From the human T2T-CHM13v2.0 reference genome, Homo sapiens, in the NCBI RefSeq assembly GCF_009914755.1, contig NC_060947.1: DNA of 64,000 nucleotides. One strand, given 5' to 3'. Under the pieces are notes generated by a model. The model was given only the letters and a program-made list of their open reading frames with translations, had not been told where the DNA came from and did not search any database. A program made the translations under genes and the position numbers. Shown here in pieces: positions 47,901-64,000 of this stretch (the first letter of the stretch is position 1; each line of letters starts with the position of its first letter).

Positions 47901-50561
47901 ATCTTTTCAAAGAGCCAGCTTTTTAAAAACAAATTATCTTTTGTATTTTATTTTGTTTTGTTTTAATTTCATTTAGTTCTCTGATCTTGGTTATTTCCTT
48001 TCTTCTGCTGGCTTTGGGCTTGATTTGTTCTTGTTTCTCTAGTTCCTTGGGGTGTGACCTTAGATTGTATGTTTCAGCTCTTTTAGTCTTTTTGATGTAG
48101 ACATTTAGGGCTGTTAACTTTTCTATTAGCACCACCTTTGCTGTATCCCACAGGTTTTCATAGGTTATGTCACTATTGTCATTCAGTTTGAATAATTTTT
48201 TAACTTGTATTTTAATTTTGTTTTTGATCTAATGCTCATTCAGGAGCAGGTTATTTAATTTCCATTCATTTTCATGGTTTTGAAGATTCATTTTGAAGTG
48301 AATTTCCAGTTTTATTCCACTGTGGTCTGAGAGAGTGCTTGGTATAACTTCAATTTTCTTGAATTTATTCAGGCTCATTTTGTGGCCTATCATATGGTTT
48401 ATCTTGGAGAAATTTCCATGTGCTGTTGAATAAAATGTGTATTCTGAGGTTGGATGGAATATTTTGTATATATCTGTTAAGTCCATTTGTTCCAAAGCAC
48501 AGTTTAAATCCATTGTTTCTTTGTTGACCTTCTGTCTTGATGTCTTGTTTGCTAGGTCTCTAGCAAATCCAGGGATGTTTTCCTCAATTATTCCCCCAAT
48601 ATATTTTCCAATGTTTTAGAATTCTCTTCTTGCTCAGGGACACCGATTATTCTTAGGTTGGGTCATTTAACATATTCTCAGACTTCTTGGAGGCTTTTTT
48701 CATTTCTTTAAAATTCTTTTATCTTTGTCTTTGTTGGATTGGTTTAATTCAAAGACCTTGTCTTCGAGTTCTGAATTTCTTTCTTCTATTTCTTCAATTC
48801 TATTGCTGAGACTTTTCAGAGCATTTCCCATTTCTATAGGTTTGCCCAATGTTCTGAGAAGTTTTGATTGTTTTTTATTCATGCTGTCTATTTTCTTGAT
48901 TATTTCTCCCTTCACTTCTTGTATCATTTTTTTGGGGATTTTCTTGCATTGGGCTTTGTCTTTCTCTGGTGCCTCTTTGATTAGCTTAGTAACTAACCTC
49001 CTGAATTCTTTTTCAGGTAAATAATGAATTTCGTCTTGGTTTGGATCCATTGCTGGTGATCTAGTGTAATTTTTTGAGGGTGATAAAGAGCCTTTTTTTG
49101 GGGTCATATTACCAGAGTTGATTTTCTGGTTTCCTCTTATTTGGGTAGGCTCTGTCAGAGGAGAGGTCTAGGGTTGAAAGCTGTTATTCAACCCTAGACC
49201 CACGTGGTGTTCCCTTGATGTAGTAGTCTTCCCCTTTTCCTATGGATATCGCTTCCTGAGAGCCAAGCTGTAGTGATTGTTATCTCTTCTGGATCTAGCT
49301 ACCCACCAAGTCTACCAGGCTCCAGGCTGGTACTGAGGGTTGTCTTCACAGAGTCCTGTGATATGAACTGTCCATGGGTCTCTCAGCTGTGAATACCGGC
49401 ACCTGTTCCAGTGGAGGTGGCAGGGGGTTGAAATGGATTCCATGAGGGACCTTAGCTTTGGTAGTTCAATGCTTTATTTTTGTGCTGGTTGGCCTCCTGC
49501 CAGGAGGTGGTGCTTTCCAGAGAGCATCAGCTGTGGTAGTATGGAGTGGTAGTGGTGGTGGGTGGGGCCCTAGAACTCCCAAGAGTATATGGCCTTTGTC
49601 TTCAGCTACCAGGATTGGTAGAAAAGGACCATCTGGTAGGGGCAGAGCTAGACCTGTCTGAGCTCAGACTCTTTTTGGGTGGGTCTTGCTGCGGCTGCTG
49701 TGGGTTACGTGGGTGAGGTATCAGGTCAATGTATTGATGTACCTAGAAAGATTATGGCTGTCCTTGCTGGGTCCTGCAGGTTGTCAGGAAAGTGGGGGAG
49801 AGCCAGCAGTCACAGACCTCACCCAACTCCCAGACAATTTGAAGGGCCAGTCTCACTCCCACCATGCCCCCCATAACAGCACCAAGTCTGTTTCCAGGCA
49901 GTAGGCAAGCAGGGCTGAGAACTTGCCTCAGGCTACCCTCCTCCCAACTCCAAAAGAAAAGGGCTTTGTTTCTTCTCCTGCCTGTGGAGTCTGCATGCCA
50001 GATTTGTGCCCTCCTCTGAGTTTTGACCAGGAGGCTTCTTAACTAGTTCAAATTGTTACAAAGTTTAGCTGGAGACTTCCTTCTCCCTGGGGTGTTTTTC
50101 CCACATCTCTGGCTGCCTTCCCAAAGGATTCCTGTGATGCCAGGCAGAAGTGGCCTACTTGGGGACTCAGCAAGCTCCCAGGGCCTTTTTTATTGCTTCC
50201 TCTACCCTTGTATTTTGCTCAGCTCTCTAAATTGACTCATCTCCAACTAAGGTTGAAATATTTTCTCACAAAGTAGACCTTCAACTTTCCCAATGAAGGT
50301 TTGTGTTCATGGGTGGAAGATCTCCCTTTCCTACTTCCACAGTTTGGGCACTCATAGTATTTGGAGTGTCTCCCGGGTCCTGCAGTAGCAGTCCGCTTCC
50401 TTCAGAGGGTCTGTGGGTCCACTCAGGATACCTGATTCATTTCCACAGTTGTTCTCGAGCTAAAATTCACAATGCTAAAATTCTGCATGCTGCTCTGTTT
50501 GTCTGAGTTGGAGCTGTAATCTAGTCCTGCCTCCTGTACACCCTGATGATCCTGAGTCTCC
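44933..50561 (-). mobile_element. L1PB1-like element with both ends and an internal ORF1/ORF2 deletion near 48542
   Basis: PB-type 3' end 'tttggttacatgagtaagttcttt'; 5' end 'gagctgtaatctagtcctgcctcc'; TSD A.TT.TATATTTTC at 44919-44932 and 50562-50575. Confidence 0.88.
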
Positions 50562-51307
50562 ATTTTTATATTTTCCAAAATTCTTGTTATTAATTTCTAG
50601 TATTATTCCACCGTGGTCAGAGAAGATGCTTGATATTATCTCATTTTTTGAATGACTTAATATGTGTTTTGTGACCTAACATATGGTTTATCCTAGAGAA
50701 TGATCTGTGAGGTGAGGAAAAGAATGTTTATGCTGTAGTTGTTGAATGAAATATTCTGTAAATATCTATTAGATCCATTTGGTCTATAGTGCAGATTAAG
50801 TCTGACGTTTCTTTGTTGATTTTTTAGCTAGAAGGAGGTGCTGAAGTTTCTAGCTATGATTGTATTGAGGCCTATCTCCCTCTTGAGCTCTAACAATTTT
50901 TCCTTTATATATCTTTGTTCTCCAGTGTTGGGTGCGTATATATTTAAAATTATTATATCCTCTTGCTGAATTGTCCAGTTTATCATTATATAGTGACCCT
51001 CTTTGTCTCGTCTCATAGTTTTTGTCTCGAAATCCATTTTGTCTGATATAAGCATAGTGACTCTTGCTTTTTTTTTTCTCCATTGGTGTGGCATATTTTT
51101 TTTCATCCTTTTTTTCAGTCTATGTGTATGTTTATAGGTGAAGTGTGTTTCTTGTAGGCCACAGATCAATGAGTCTTGTTGTTTTATCTATCTAGTTATT
51201 CTATGTTTTTTAATTGGACAGTTTTGTCCATTTTCATTCAATGTATTTTTGATAAGTAAAAACTTATTATGGCCATTTTGTTATTTGTTTTCTAATTGTT
51301 GTATGGT

Positions 51308-51420
51308 CTTCTTTCCCTTCCTTCCTTCCTTCCTTCCTTCCTTCCTTCCTTCCTTCCTTCCTTTCTTTCTTTTCTTTCTTTCTTTCTCTTTCTTTCTTTC
51401 ATTCCTTTCTGTCTTCCTCT
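51308..51420. repeat. (TTCC)n/(TTTC)n compound microsatellite
   Basis: Directly visible, almost pure pyrimidine tract. Confidence 0.97.
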
Positions 51421-54400
51421 AGGGAATAATATTTTATCTGATAATATAATTTAGTTTTTTGCTTTTTGCTTTTTATTTTTTGTATATCCATTTTGTTTTC
51501 TGGTTTGAAGTTACTATGAGGCTTGCAAATACTATCTTTCAACCCATTATTTTTACTGAGAACAACTTAACACTATTTGTATAGACAAACAAAAAGAAAA
51601 CTCTGTGCCTTAACTTCATCCCCCTACCTTTTAACTTTTTGTTGTTTATATTTGTTATTGTCTTTACTATGTATTGAAAAGCTGTTGTAGTTATTATTTT
51701 TTATTAGTTCATTGTTTTGTTTTTCTAGTTATGATAAAAGTAGCTTATACACCATAGTCACAATGTTATAATATTCTGTGTTTTTGTGTGTACTTACTGT
51801 TACCTGTGAATTTTATATGTTCAGGTGATTATTTGTTGCTCATTAATGTTTTTTTCTTTCTGATTGAAGTACTCCCTTTAGCATTTCTTCTAGTACATGC
51901 CTGGTATTGATGAAATCCTTCAGCTTTTGTTTGTCTGGGGAAGTATTTATTTCTCTATGTTTGAAGAATGTTTTCACTGGATACACTCTTCTAGGGTAAA
52001 AGTTTTTTCCTTTCAGCACTGTAAATATGTTATGCCACTCTCCTTTAGACTGTAAAGATTCCACTAAAAAGTCTGCTGCATTGTACGCTATTCGTTTCTT
52101 TTCTCTTATTGCTTTTATAATCCTTTCTTTATCTTTGACTTTTCAGAGTTCAATTATGTCTTGAGGTAGTCTTCTTTAGGTTAAATCTGCTTGATGTCCT
52201 ATTATCTTCTTGTACTTGAATATTGATGTCTATTTCTAGGTTTGAGAAGTTCTCTACTATTATTTATCTACCCCCACTTCTTTCTCTGTACCCTCTTTAA
52301 GGCCAATAACTTTTAGATTTGCCCTTTTGAAGATATTTTCTAAATCCTTTAGGCATGCTTCATTGTTCCTTATTCTTTTTTTGTTTATCTATTCTGACTG
52401 TGTATTTTCAAATAGCCTGTCTTCAAGCTCCCTAATTCTTTATTCTGCTTGATCAATTTTGCTGTTAAAGAACTCTGGTGCATTCTTCAGTATGCCAATT
52501 GCATTTTAAATCTCCAGAATTTCTGCTTGATTCTTTTAAATTATTTTAATTTATTGGTTAAGTGTATTTGAGAGAATTCTGAATTTGTCCCCTATGTTAT
52601 CTTGAATTTCTTTCAGTCTCCTCAACATAACTGAGTTCTCTTTCTGAAAGGTCACATATCTCTGTTTCTTCAGGATTGATCCCTGGTGCCTTATTTAGTT
52701 TATTGGTGGGGTCATGTTTTCCTGGATGGTGTTGATACTAGTAGATGTTCTTTGGTGTCTGGGCATGGAAGGGTTAGGTATTTATTGTAGTTTTCACTGT
52801 CTATGCTTATTTGTAGTCATTCTTCTTAGGAAGACTTTTCAGATATTTGAGAGAAACTAGTTGTTATCATCTAAGTTGTATCTGCTTTAGGGGGCACCCC
52901 AAGCCCTGTAATGCTGTAGATCTTGCAGACTCATATATGTACTGCCTTGATGGTCTTGGATAAGATCCAGGAGAATTCTCTGGGTTTCTAGGCAGAGACT
53001 TTTACTCCTTTCTTTTACTTTCTCCAAAAAAATACAGAGTCTCTCTTTTCTGAGCCCCCTAAAGCTGGGGGTGGAGTGATATTATTGCCATTACCTCTAT
53101 GACTGCACTGGGTCAAACCTAAAGCCAGCACAGTGCTGGGTCACCTCAATACCTGCTGTCACCACTCTCTGGCTACTGCCTATGTTCGCTCAAGTCCCTG
53201 GGGCTCTACCAACTGCAGATAGCAATGCCAGCCAGGCCTGTGTCCTTCGTTCAGGGCAGTGAGGTCCCTCAATTACCAGGTGGGTTCAGAAATGCTTTTT
53301 GGGAGTTAGAAACCATAGTCAAAAATTTTAGAATTCTACATGGCATTCTATTTTGTAGTGACTGAGCTGGTACTCAATTCATATGATGCAGTCCTTTCCA
53401 CTTTTCTCTTCCCTGTCCAAAGGCAGAGAAGCCTCATCCTGTAGCCATTGCCTTCACAGATCATGAAGAGTACTGCTGGACTACTGAGAATGGTCCTTTA
53501 AGGCACAAGGTCTTTCAAGGCAGCTTGCTGTGAATGCTCCCTGGCTTAGGAGTCAAACCTCAGGGCAGTGGACTCCCCTCTGGCCCAGGGCAGATCCAGA
53601 AATGCCATCCAAGAGTCAAGTCCTGAAATTGGTGACCCCAAGAGCTTACTTGGTGCTCTACCCACTTGTGATGGTTATGTGCTGAGTCTTACCTGGAGCC
53701 AGCAAGTCTCAGAGGCTCACCCAAGCCCGTGATATAGTACCAGGGTATTCCTGCTGGTTATTCAGGACTCAAGGGCTATTTAGCTAGCACATGATGATTA
53801 CTGTCAGGACTTCATCCTTTACTTCAAGACAACGGGTTTCCTTTTGGCCCTGTATGTGTCTTGAAATGTCATCTGGGAACTTGGATCTGGAATGGGGGCC
53901 TCATGACTCTGACTAGTGCCCTATTCTGCTGTGGCTGGTCTGATATTCTAGATATAAGACACAGGCCTTCTTACTATTCTTTCTCCTCTCCTCAAGTGGA
54001 AGGAAAAGGGTCTATTTATGGAGTCTGGGTTTAGAGGAGGAATGATGCCAGGATTCCCTTGGCTGCCCCAGCTGGACTCTCAGTATGTCAAGTCCCCCAC
54101 CCCACCCCCAGTCCACTGTCTCTGGGCCTAGTTCTGCCATAGGACTCACCTAAGAATTGTAGTCATTATGGCCTAGACTGCCTTTCAAGTTTACTTGGAG
54201 ATACAGAGCACTGTAGCCCTTGGTTTGCAAGTATTCAACTTTGGATCCTGGGATTAGCCCTTCTGGCTAGGGCTGGTTTAAATGCTCCCTTTGTGGGCGG
54301 GCATAAGCTGAGTTTGTTCTGTTTTTCCTTTCTGCTCTAATAGGAAAGCACTGAGTTCGATGCCTCACAATTGCTGTGTTCTCCTTCCCCTAGCACCCTG

Positions 54401-55009
54401 AGACACTTTCCGCACCATGCTGCTGCTGCCCAGGGTTTGGGAGGGGTGGCGTCAGAGGTTCAGGACTGTTTTTTAAAATCTCTTCAGTACCAATTTTAGC
54501 ACTATGAAGTTAAAAGCAGGTGCTATGAGTGCTCACCTAATTTTTCTATCTTATGAAGGTATTTTTTCTGGGTAGTTTTTAACTTGGTGTCCTTGTGGGG
54601 TAGGGTTGGGGAGTCAACCAGTGGCACTTTCTATTCCACCATCTTGCTCTTCCCTTTTCATATATGACCTTTATTGTGTTTAGGTATTTTTTTGTACCTC
54701 ATTTTTTGAGTTTTTTAAAATGAAAGTTTGTTGAATTTTTTCAACTGCTTTTTCTGCATGAATTGAGATGATTATATGATTTTTGTCCTTCATTCTGTAA
54801 ATGTGGTATGTCACATGTATTGATTTGTGTATGTTTAACCTCCCTAGCATCACAGGGATAAATCCCACTTGATCATGATGTATGACCATCTTAATGTGAT
54901 GTTTAGTTTGGTTTGCTAGTATTTTGTTGAGGATGTTTGCATCTATGTTCATCAGGGATATTGGGACTATAGTTTCTTTTCTTGTAGTATCATTGTCTGG
55001 CTTTGATAT

Positions 55010-55713
55010 TATGGCAGACCAATTCTCCCTGATGATCACACAGACAGGCCTGCATAACACTTCAGTTACACAGACAAATTTCCACAGAGCTGTCTTAACA
55101 TTGGGCAAATAGTTAAACCTAGGGAAATCAGTGCCCATATATCAAAGCCAGAAATGAAACATATGGTCAGCAGGAGCCTTTGATGGGCTTCTCTCTAACC
55201 TGGAGCAAGCCAAAATAATAGAGACAGACAGTCTTACATTCCTAGTGCCAGGACCTGTCTCAGGTCAAAGAAATCTGAGACACATCAAGGTAATAGAGGC
55301 AGTTGTTTGAATAGAGTCATTGGAGATCTAAGGCATGTCTCCCGACCAAGCTGTAAAGGAGATAAGACAGAAATAATCACTCCATTACCACAGTAAACAA
55401 GACTTGAAGGTACTGGAGCCTTTTTAATCAGACTTAGCAAGCATTTTTTTTTTTTTTTGCCTCTGACCTTCTAGTTGTAACAAAATTAGTTATCAATAGA
55501 CTTAGCCGAATGCTATACTGCACATAGACACATAACCCCAACTTATATAAACACTACGAAAATTTTAACACTTTGAATTGGTCTGGTGAAATTATCTGCA
55601 GCCTTTTCCGTATATTCGGTAACAGCAATAAATTCCCTTCTTTCCTAGTTTGTCTGCTTCTCATTACTAGGTCTCGAGAAAACACAGCCAGACCCAGCTT
55701 GGTTCCGAGAACA
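55010..55713 (+). mobile_element. Solo ERV1-class LTR, MER39-like
   Basis: 704 bp; ends in 'gagaaca'; AATAAA at 55627; degenerate 4-bp TSD (A/C)TAT; host L1 'tttg.tat|cagggtaatg' resumes afterwards. Confidence 0.82.
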
Positions 55714-56022
55714 CTATCAGGGTAATGCTGGCATCATTAAATGAGTTTGGAAGTATTTCCTTCTCTTCAGTGTTTTGGAAAGAATTTTAGAAGGATTGTT
55801 ATTAATTCTTTAAATGTTTGATATAATTCACCAGTTAAGCCATATTTTGCCTTTTTTCTGATATTAGTCCTGATATTAGTCTGTTCAGATGATCTGTTCC
55901 TCATGACTTAGTTTTGACAGTTTGTATGTTTTTGGAAATTTATCCATTTCTTCTTGGTTATCAAATTCATTGGTTTTGATTGTTCATAGTACTTTCTTTT
56001 AATCTTTTATATTTCTGTGGTA

Positions 56023-56285
56023 TGAGTTCTGAAAACCAAAAAGTATTGGAGACAAGTCTCAATGAATTTATAAAGCTTATTTTGCCAAGATTAAGGACAC
56101 ACCCATGACACAGCCTCAGGAGGTCTTGACGACATATGCCCCAAGTGGTCAGGGTACAGCTTGCTTTTATACATTTTAGAGACACATAATAGATCAGTCA
56201 GTACATGTAAAATTTACATTTATTCAATCTGGAAGGGTGAGACAACTGGAAGTGGGGGCTTCCAGGTCAGAGGTAGATTAATTAA
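56023..56285 (-). mobile_element. MER4-group LTR fragment, cut by L1PB
   Basis: 'ttattttgccaagattaaggacacacccatgacacagcctcaggaggtc' is a MER4-family hallmark (recall). Confidence 0.75.
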
Positions 56286-56669
56286 TTTTTATATACTTTT
56301 AAAATTTTTAAATTTTTTCATAAGTTATTGCGGTACAGGTAGTATTTGGTTACATGAGTAAGTTCTTTAGTGGTGATTTGTGAGATTTTGGTGCACCCAT
56401 CACCCAAGCAGTATACAATGCACCACATTTGTTTGTAGTCTTTTATCCCTCGCTCCCCTCCCACTCTTTCCCCCAAGACCCCAAAGTCCATTATATCATT
56501 CTTATGCCTTTGCATCCTCAGAGCTTAGCTCCCATATATCAGTGAGAACATATGATGTTTGGTTTTCCATTCCTGAGTTACTTCACTTGGAATAATCGTC
56601 TCCAATCTCACCCGGGTCACTGCAAATGCTGCTAATTCATTCCTTTTTATGGCTGAGTAGTATTCCATC

Positions 56670-56773
56670 ATATATCTATCTATATATATATCTATATATA
56701 TATCTACATATATATATCTATATATATATCTACATATATATATCTATATATATATCTCTCTATATATATATAT
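56670..56773. repeat. (TA)n/(TATC) compound microsatellite
   Basis: Directly visible. Confidence 0.95.
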
Positions 56774-58260
56774 CACAGTTTCCTTAACCACTCATTGATT
56801 GATGGACATTTGGATTGGTTCCACAATTTTGCAATTGTGAATTATGCTGCTATAAACATGAGTGTGCAAGTATCTTTTTCGAATAATGACTTATTTTCCT
56901 TGCAGTACATACCCAGTAGTGGGATTGCTGGATCAAATAGCAGCTCTACTTTTAGTTCTTCTTTAAGGAATCTCCACACTGTTTTCCATAGCAGCTGTAC
57001 TAGTTTACATTCCCACCAGGAGTGTAGAAGTGTTCCCTGATCTCTGCATCCATGCCAACATCTACTGTTTTTTAATTTTTTGATTATGGTCATTCTTGCA
57101 GGAGTAAGGTGGTATTGCATTGTGGTTTTGATTTGCATTTCCCTGATCATCAGAGATGTTGAGTATGTTTTCATATGTTTGTTGGCCGTTTGTATATCTT
57201 GCTTTGAGAGTTGTCTATTTATGTCCTTAGACCACTTTTTTATGGGATTTTTTTTTCTTACTGATTGGTTTGAGTTTCTCGTAGATTCTGGATATTAGTC
57301 CTTTGTCAGATGTATAGATTGTGAAGACTTTCTCCCACTCTGTGGGTTGTCTATTTACTCTGCTGACTGCTCCTTTTGCTGTACAAAAGCTCTTTAGCTT
57401 AATTAGGTCCCAGCTATTTATTTTTTGTTTTATTGCATTTGCTTTTGGGTTCTTGGTCATTAGAACCTTGCCTAAGCCAATGTCTAGAAGGGTTTTTGCC
57501 AATGTTATCTTCTAGAATTTTTATAGTTTCAGATCTTAGGTTAAGTCCTTAATCCATCTTGAGTTGATTTACTATAAAGTGAAAGATGAGGATCCAGTTT
57601 TGTTCTCCTACATGTGACTGGCCAATGATCCCAGCACCATTAGTTGCAAAGTGTGTCCTTTCCCCCCACTTTATTTTTTATTTATTTATTTATTTTTTTT
57701 GCTTTGTCGAAGGTGAAGGTCAGTTGGCTGTAAATGTTTGGGTTTATTTCTGGCTTCTCTATTGTGTTCCCTTGGTCTTTGTGCCTATTTTTACACCAGT
57801 ACCACGATGTTTCGGTGACTATTGTCTTACAATATAATTTGAAATCAGGTAGTGTGATGCCTCCAGATTTGTTCTTCTTTCTTAGTCTTGCTTTGGCTAT
57901 GCGGGCTGTTTTTTGGTTGCATGTAAATTTTAGATTTTTTTTAAAATTCTGTGAAGAAAGATGGTGGTATTTTGATGGGGATTGCATTAAATTTGTAGAT
58001 TGCTTGTGGCAGTATGGTCATTCTCACAATATTGATTCTACCTGTCCATGAGCATGGGAGGTGTTTCTATATGTTTGTGTCATCTATGATTTCTTTCAGC
58101 AGTATTTTGTAGTTTTCTTTGTAGAGGTCTTCTGACTCCTTAGCTATGTATATTACTATGCATTTTATTATATTTTTGCAGCAATTGTAAAAGAAGTTGA
58201 GTTCTTCATTTGATTCTCTGCTTGGTCGCTGTTGGTGTATAGAAGATCTACTGATTTGTG

Positions 58261-62626
<4,366 letters not shown>

Positions 62627-64000
62627 ATCTACTGATTTGTGTACATTAATCTTGTATCCAGAAACTTTGCTGAATTCTTTTATCAGTTCGAGGATAGTTT
62701 TTAGAATTTTCAGGGTAAACAATAATATTGTCAGCAAAGAGTGACAGTTTGACTTCCTCTTTATCGATTTGGATACCCTTTATTTCTTTCTCTTTTCCAA
62801 TTGCTCTGGCTAGGATTTCCAGTACTATGTTGAAGAGGAGTGGTGAGAGTGGGCATCATTGTGTTTTTCCCATTCTCAGACGGAATGCATTCAGTTTTTC
62901 CCCATTGGGTATTATGTTGACTGTGGGTTTGTCATTCGTAGATGGCTTTTATTACATTAATGTAATAATGTTTCTTTATGCTATTTTTCCTGAGAGTTTT
63001 ATTCATAAAGGGATGCTTAATTTTGTCGAATTTTTTTTGCATCTGTTGAGATGATCATGTGATTTTTCTTTTTAATTCTGTTTATATGATGTATCACATT
63101 TATTCACTCGCATATGTTAAACTATCCCTGCATCCCTGGCATAAAACCTGCTTAATCAGGCTGGATTATCTATTTGATATGTTTTTGGATTTGGCTAGCT
63201 AGTATTTTGTTAAGAATTATAGCATCTATGTTCATCAGGGATATTGGTCTGTCATTTTCTTTTTTGGTTATGTCCTTCTTTGGTTTTGGTATTAGAGTGA
63301 TGCTGGTTTCATACAATGAATTATGGAAGGTTCCTTCTTTTTCTTTCCTCTGAAATAGTGTCAAAAAGATTGCTATCAATTCTTCTTTCAATGTCTGATA
63401 GAATTCTGCTGTGAATCCTTCTGGTCTTTTACTTTTTTTATTGGTAATTTTTTAATTACCCTTTCAGTGTCTCTGCTTGTTATTGGTCTTTTCAGGGTAT
63501 CTAATTCTTCCCGATTTAAGCTAGGAGGGTTGTATTTTTTCCAAGAATGTATCCATCTCTTCTAGGTTTTCTAGTTTTTGTGTGTAAAGGTGTTCATAGT
63601 ATCCTTGAATAATCTTTTGTATTTCGGTAGTGTCAGTTGTAATTTCACCTGTTTTGTTTCTTAGTGAGGTTCTTTGGATTTTCTCTCTTCTTGGTTAGTC
63701 TTGCTAATGGCCTATCAATTTTATTTATCTTCACATAGAACCAGCTTTTTGTTTCATTTATCTTTTCTATTGTTTTTCTTGTTTCAATTTTATTTCATTC
63801 TTCTCTGATCTTGGTTATTTCCTTTCTTCTGCTGGGTTTGGGTTTGGTTTGCTCCTGTTTCTCTAGTTTTTTGAGGTATGACCTTAGAATGTCATTTTCT
63901 GCTCTTTCAGTTTTTTTAAGGTAGGCATTTAGGGCTGTAAACTTTCCTCTTGGCATAGTCTTCGCTGTATTCCAGAAGTTTTTGTAGGTTGTATGGTTAT

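Larger units (their letters stand above)
39098..54657 (-). mobile_element. Full-length L1MA (MA2-like), interrupted by Alu, THE1 and L1PB
   Basis: 3' end near 39120; ORF2 pieces; endonuclease remnant (ORF 50828); ORF1 remnant (ORF 51843); long 5'UTR ending at YY1-like 'ccaccatcttg' near 54640; TCATATAT duplicated at 39090-39097 and 54658-54665. Confidence 0.82.
36263..56022 (-). mobile_element. Host L1MA (MA8/9-like) in pieces: 36263-38391, about 38906-39097, 54658-55009, 55714-56022
   Basis: The antisense L1 3' end and ORF2 read on collinearly across each inserted element. Confidence 0.8.

Overview
Primate (human-like) genomic DNA, not microbial. It holds one protein-coding gene, PBDC1 (CXorf26; human Xq13.3, from recall), on the + strand. 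Six coding exons with GT-AG introns (20470-25240) splice to 702 nt, giving 233 aa. There is a CpG-rich promoter and an AATAAA at 25508. Almost everything else is retroelement sequence: about 60% L1 by my boundaries, plus Alus, LTRs (MER50-, MER39-, MER4-, MLT/MST-like and a complete THE1), L2/MIR and a MER5. Nearly all ORFs in the supplied track are L1/Alu/MaLR remnants. The most interesting items are: (1) a dual-frame terminal PBDC1 exon, where skipping exon 5 gives a stop-free 232-aa isoform with a basic, NLS-like tail in place of the acidic one; (2) an inverted Alu pair that brackets exactly that exon; (3) several template-switch or templated-insertion scars; (4) an intact ORF0-like frame in an older full-length L1; (5) a four-deep nest of transposons. 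Repeat subfamily names come from recall of consensus sequences and need RepeatMasker/Dfam confirmation. I see no evidence of a wholly new gene system.
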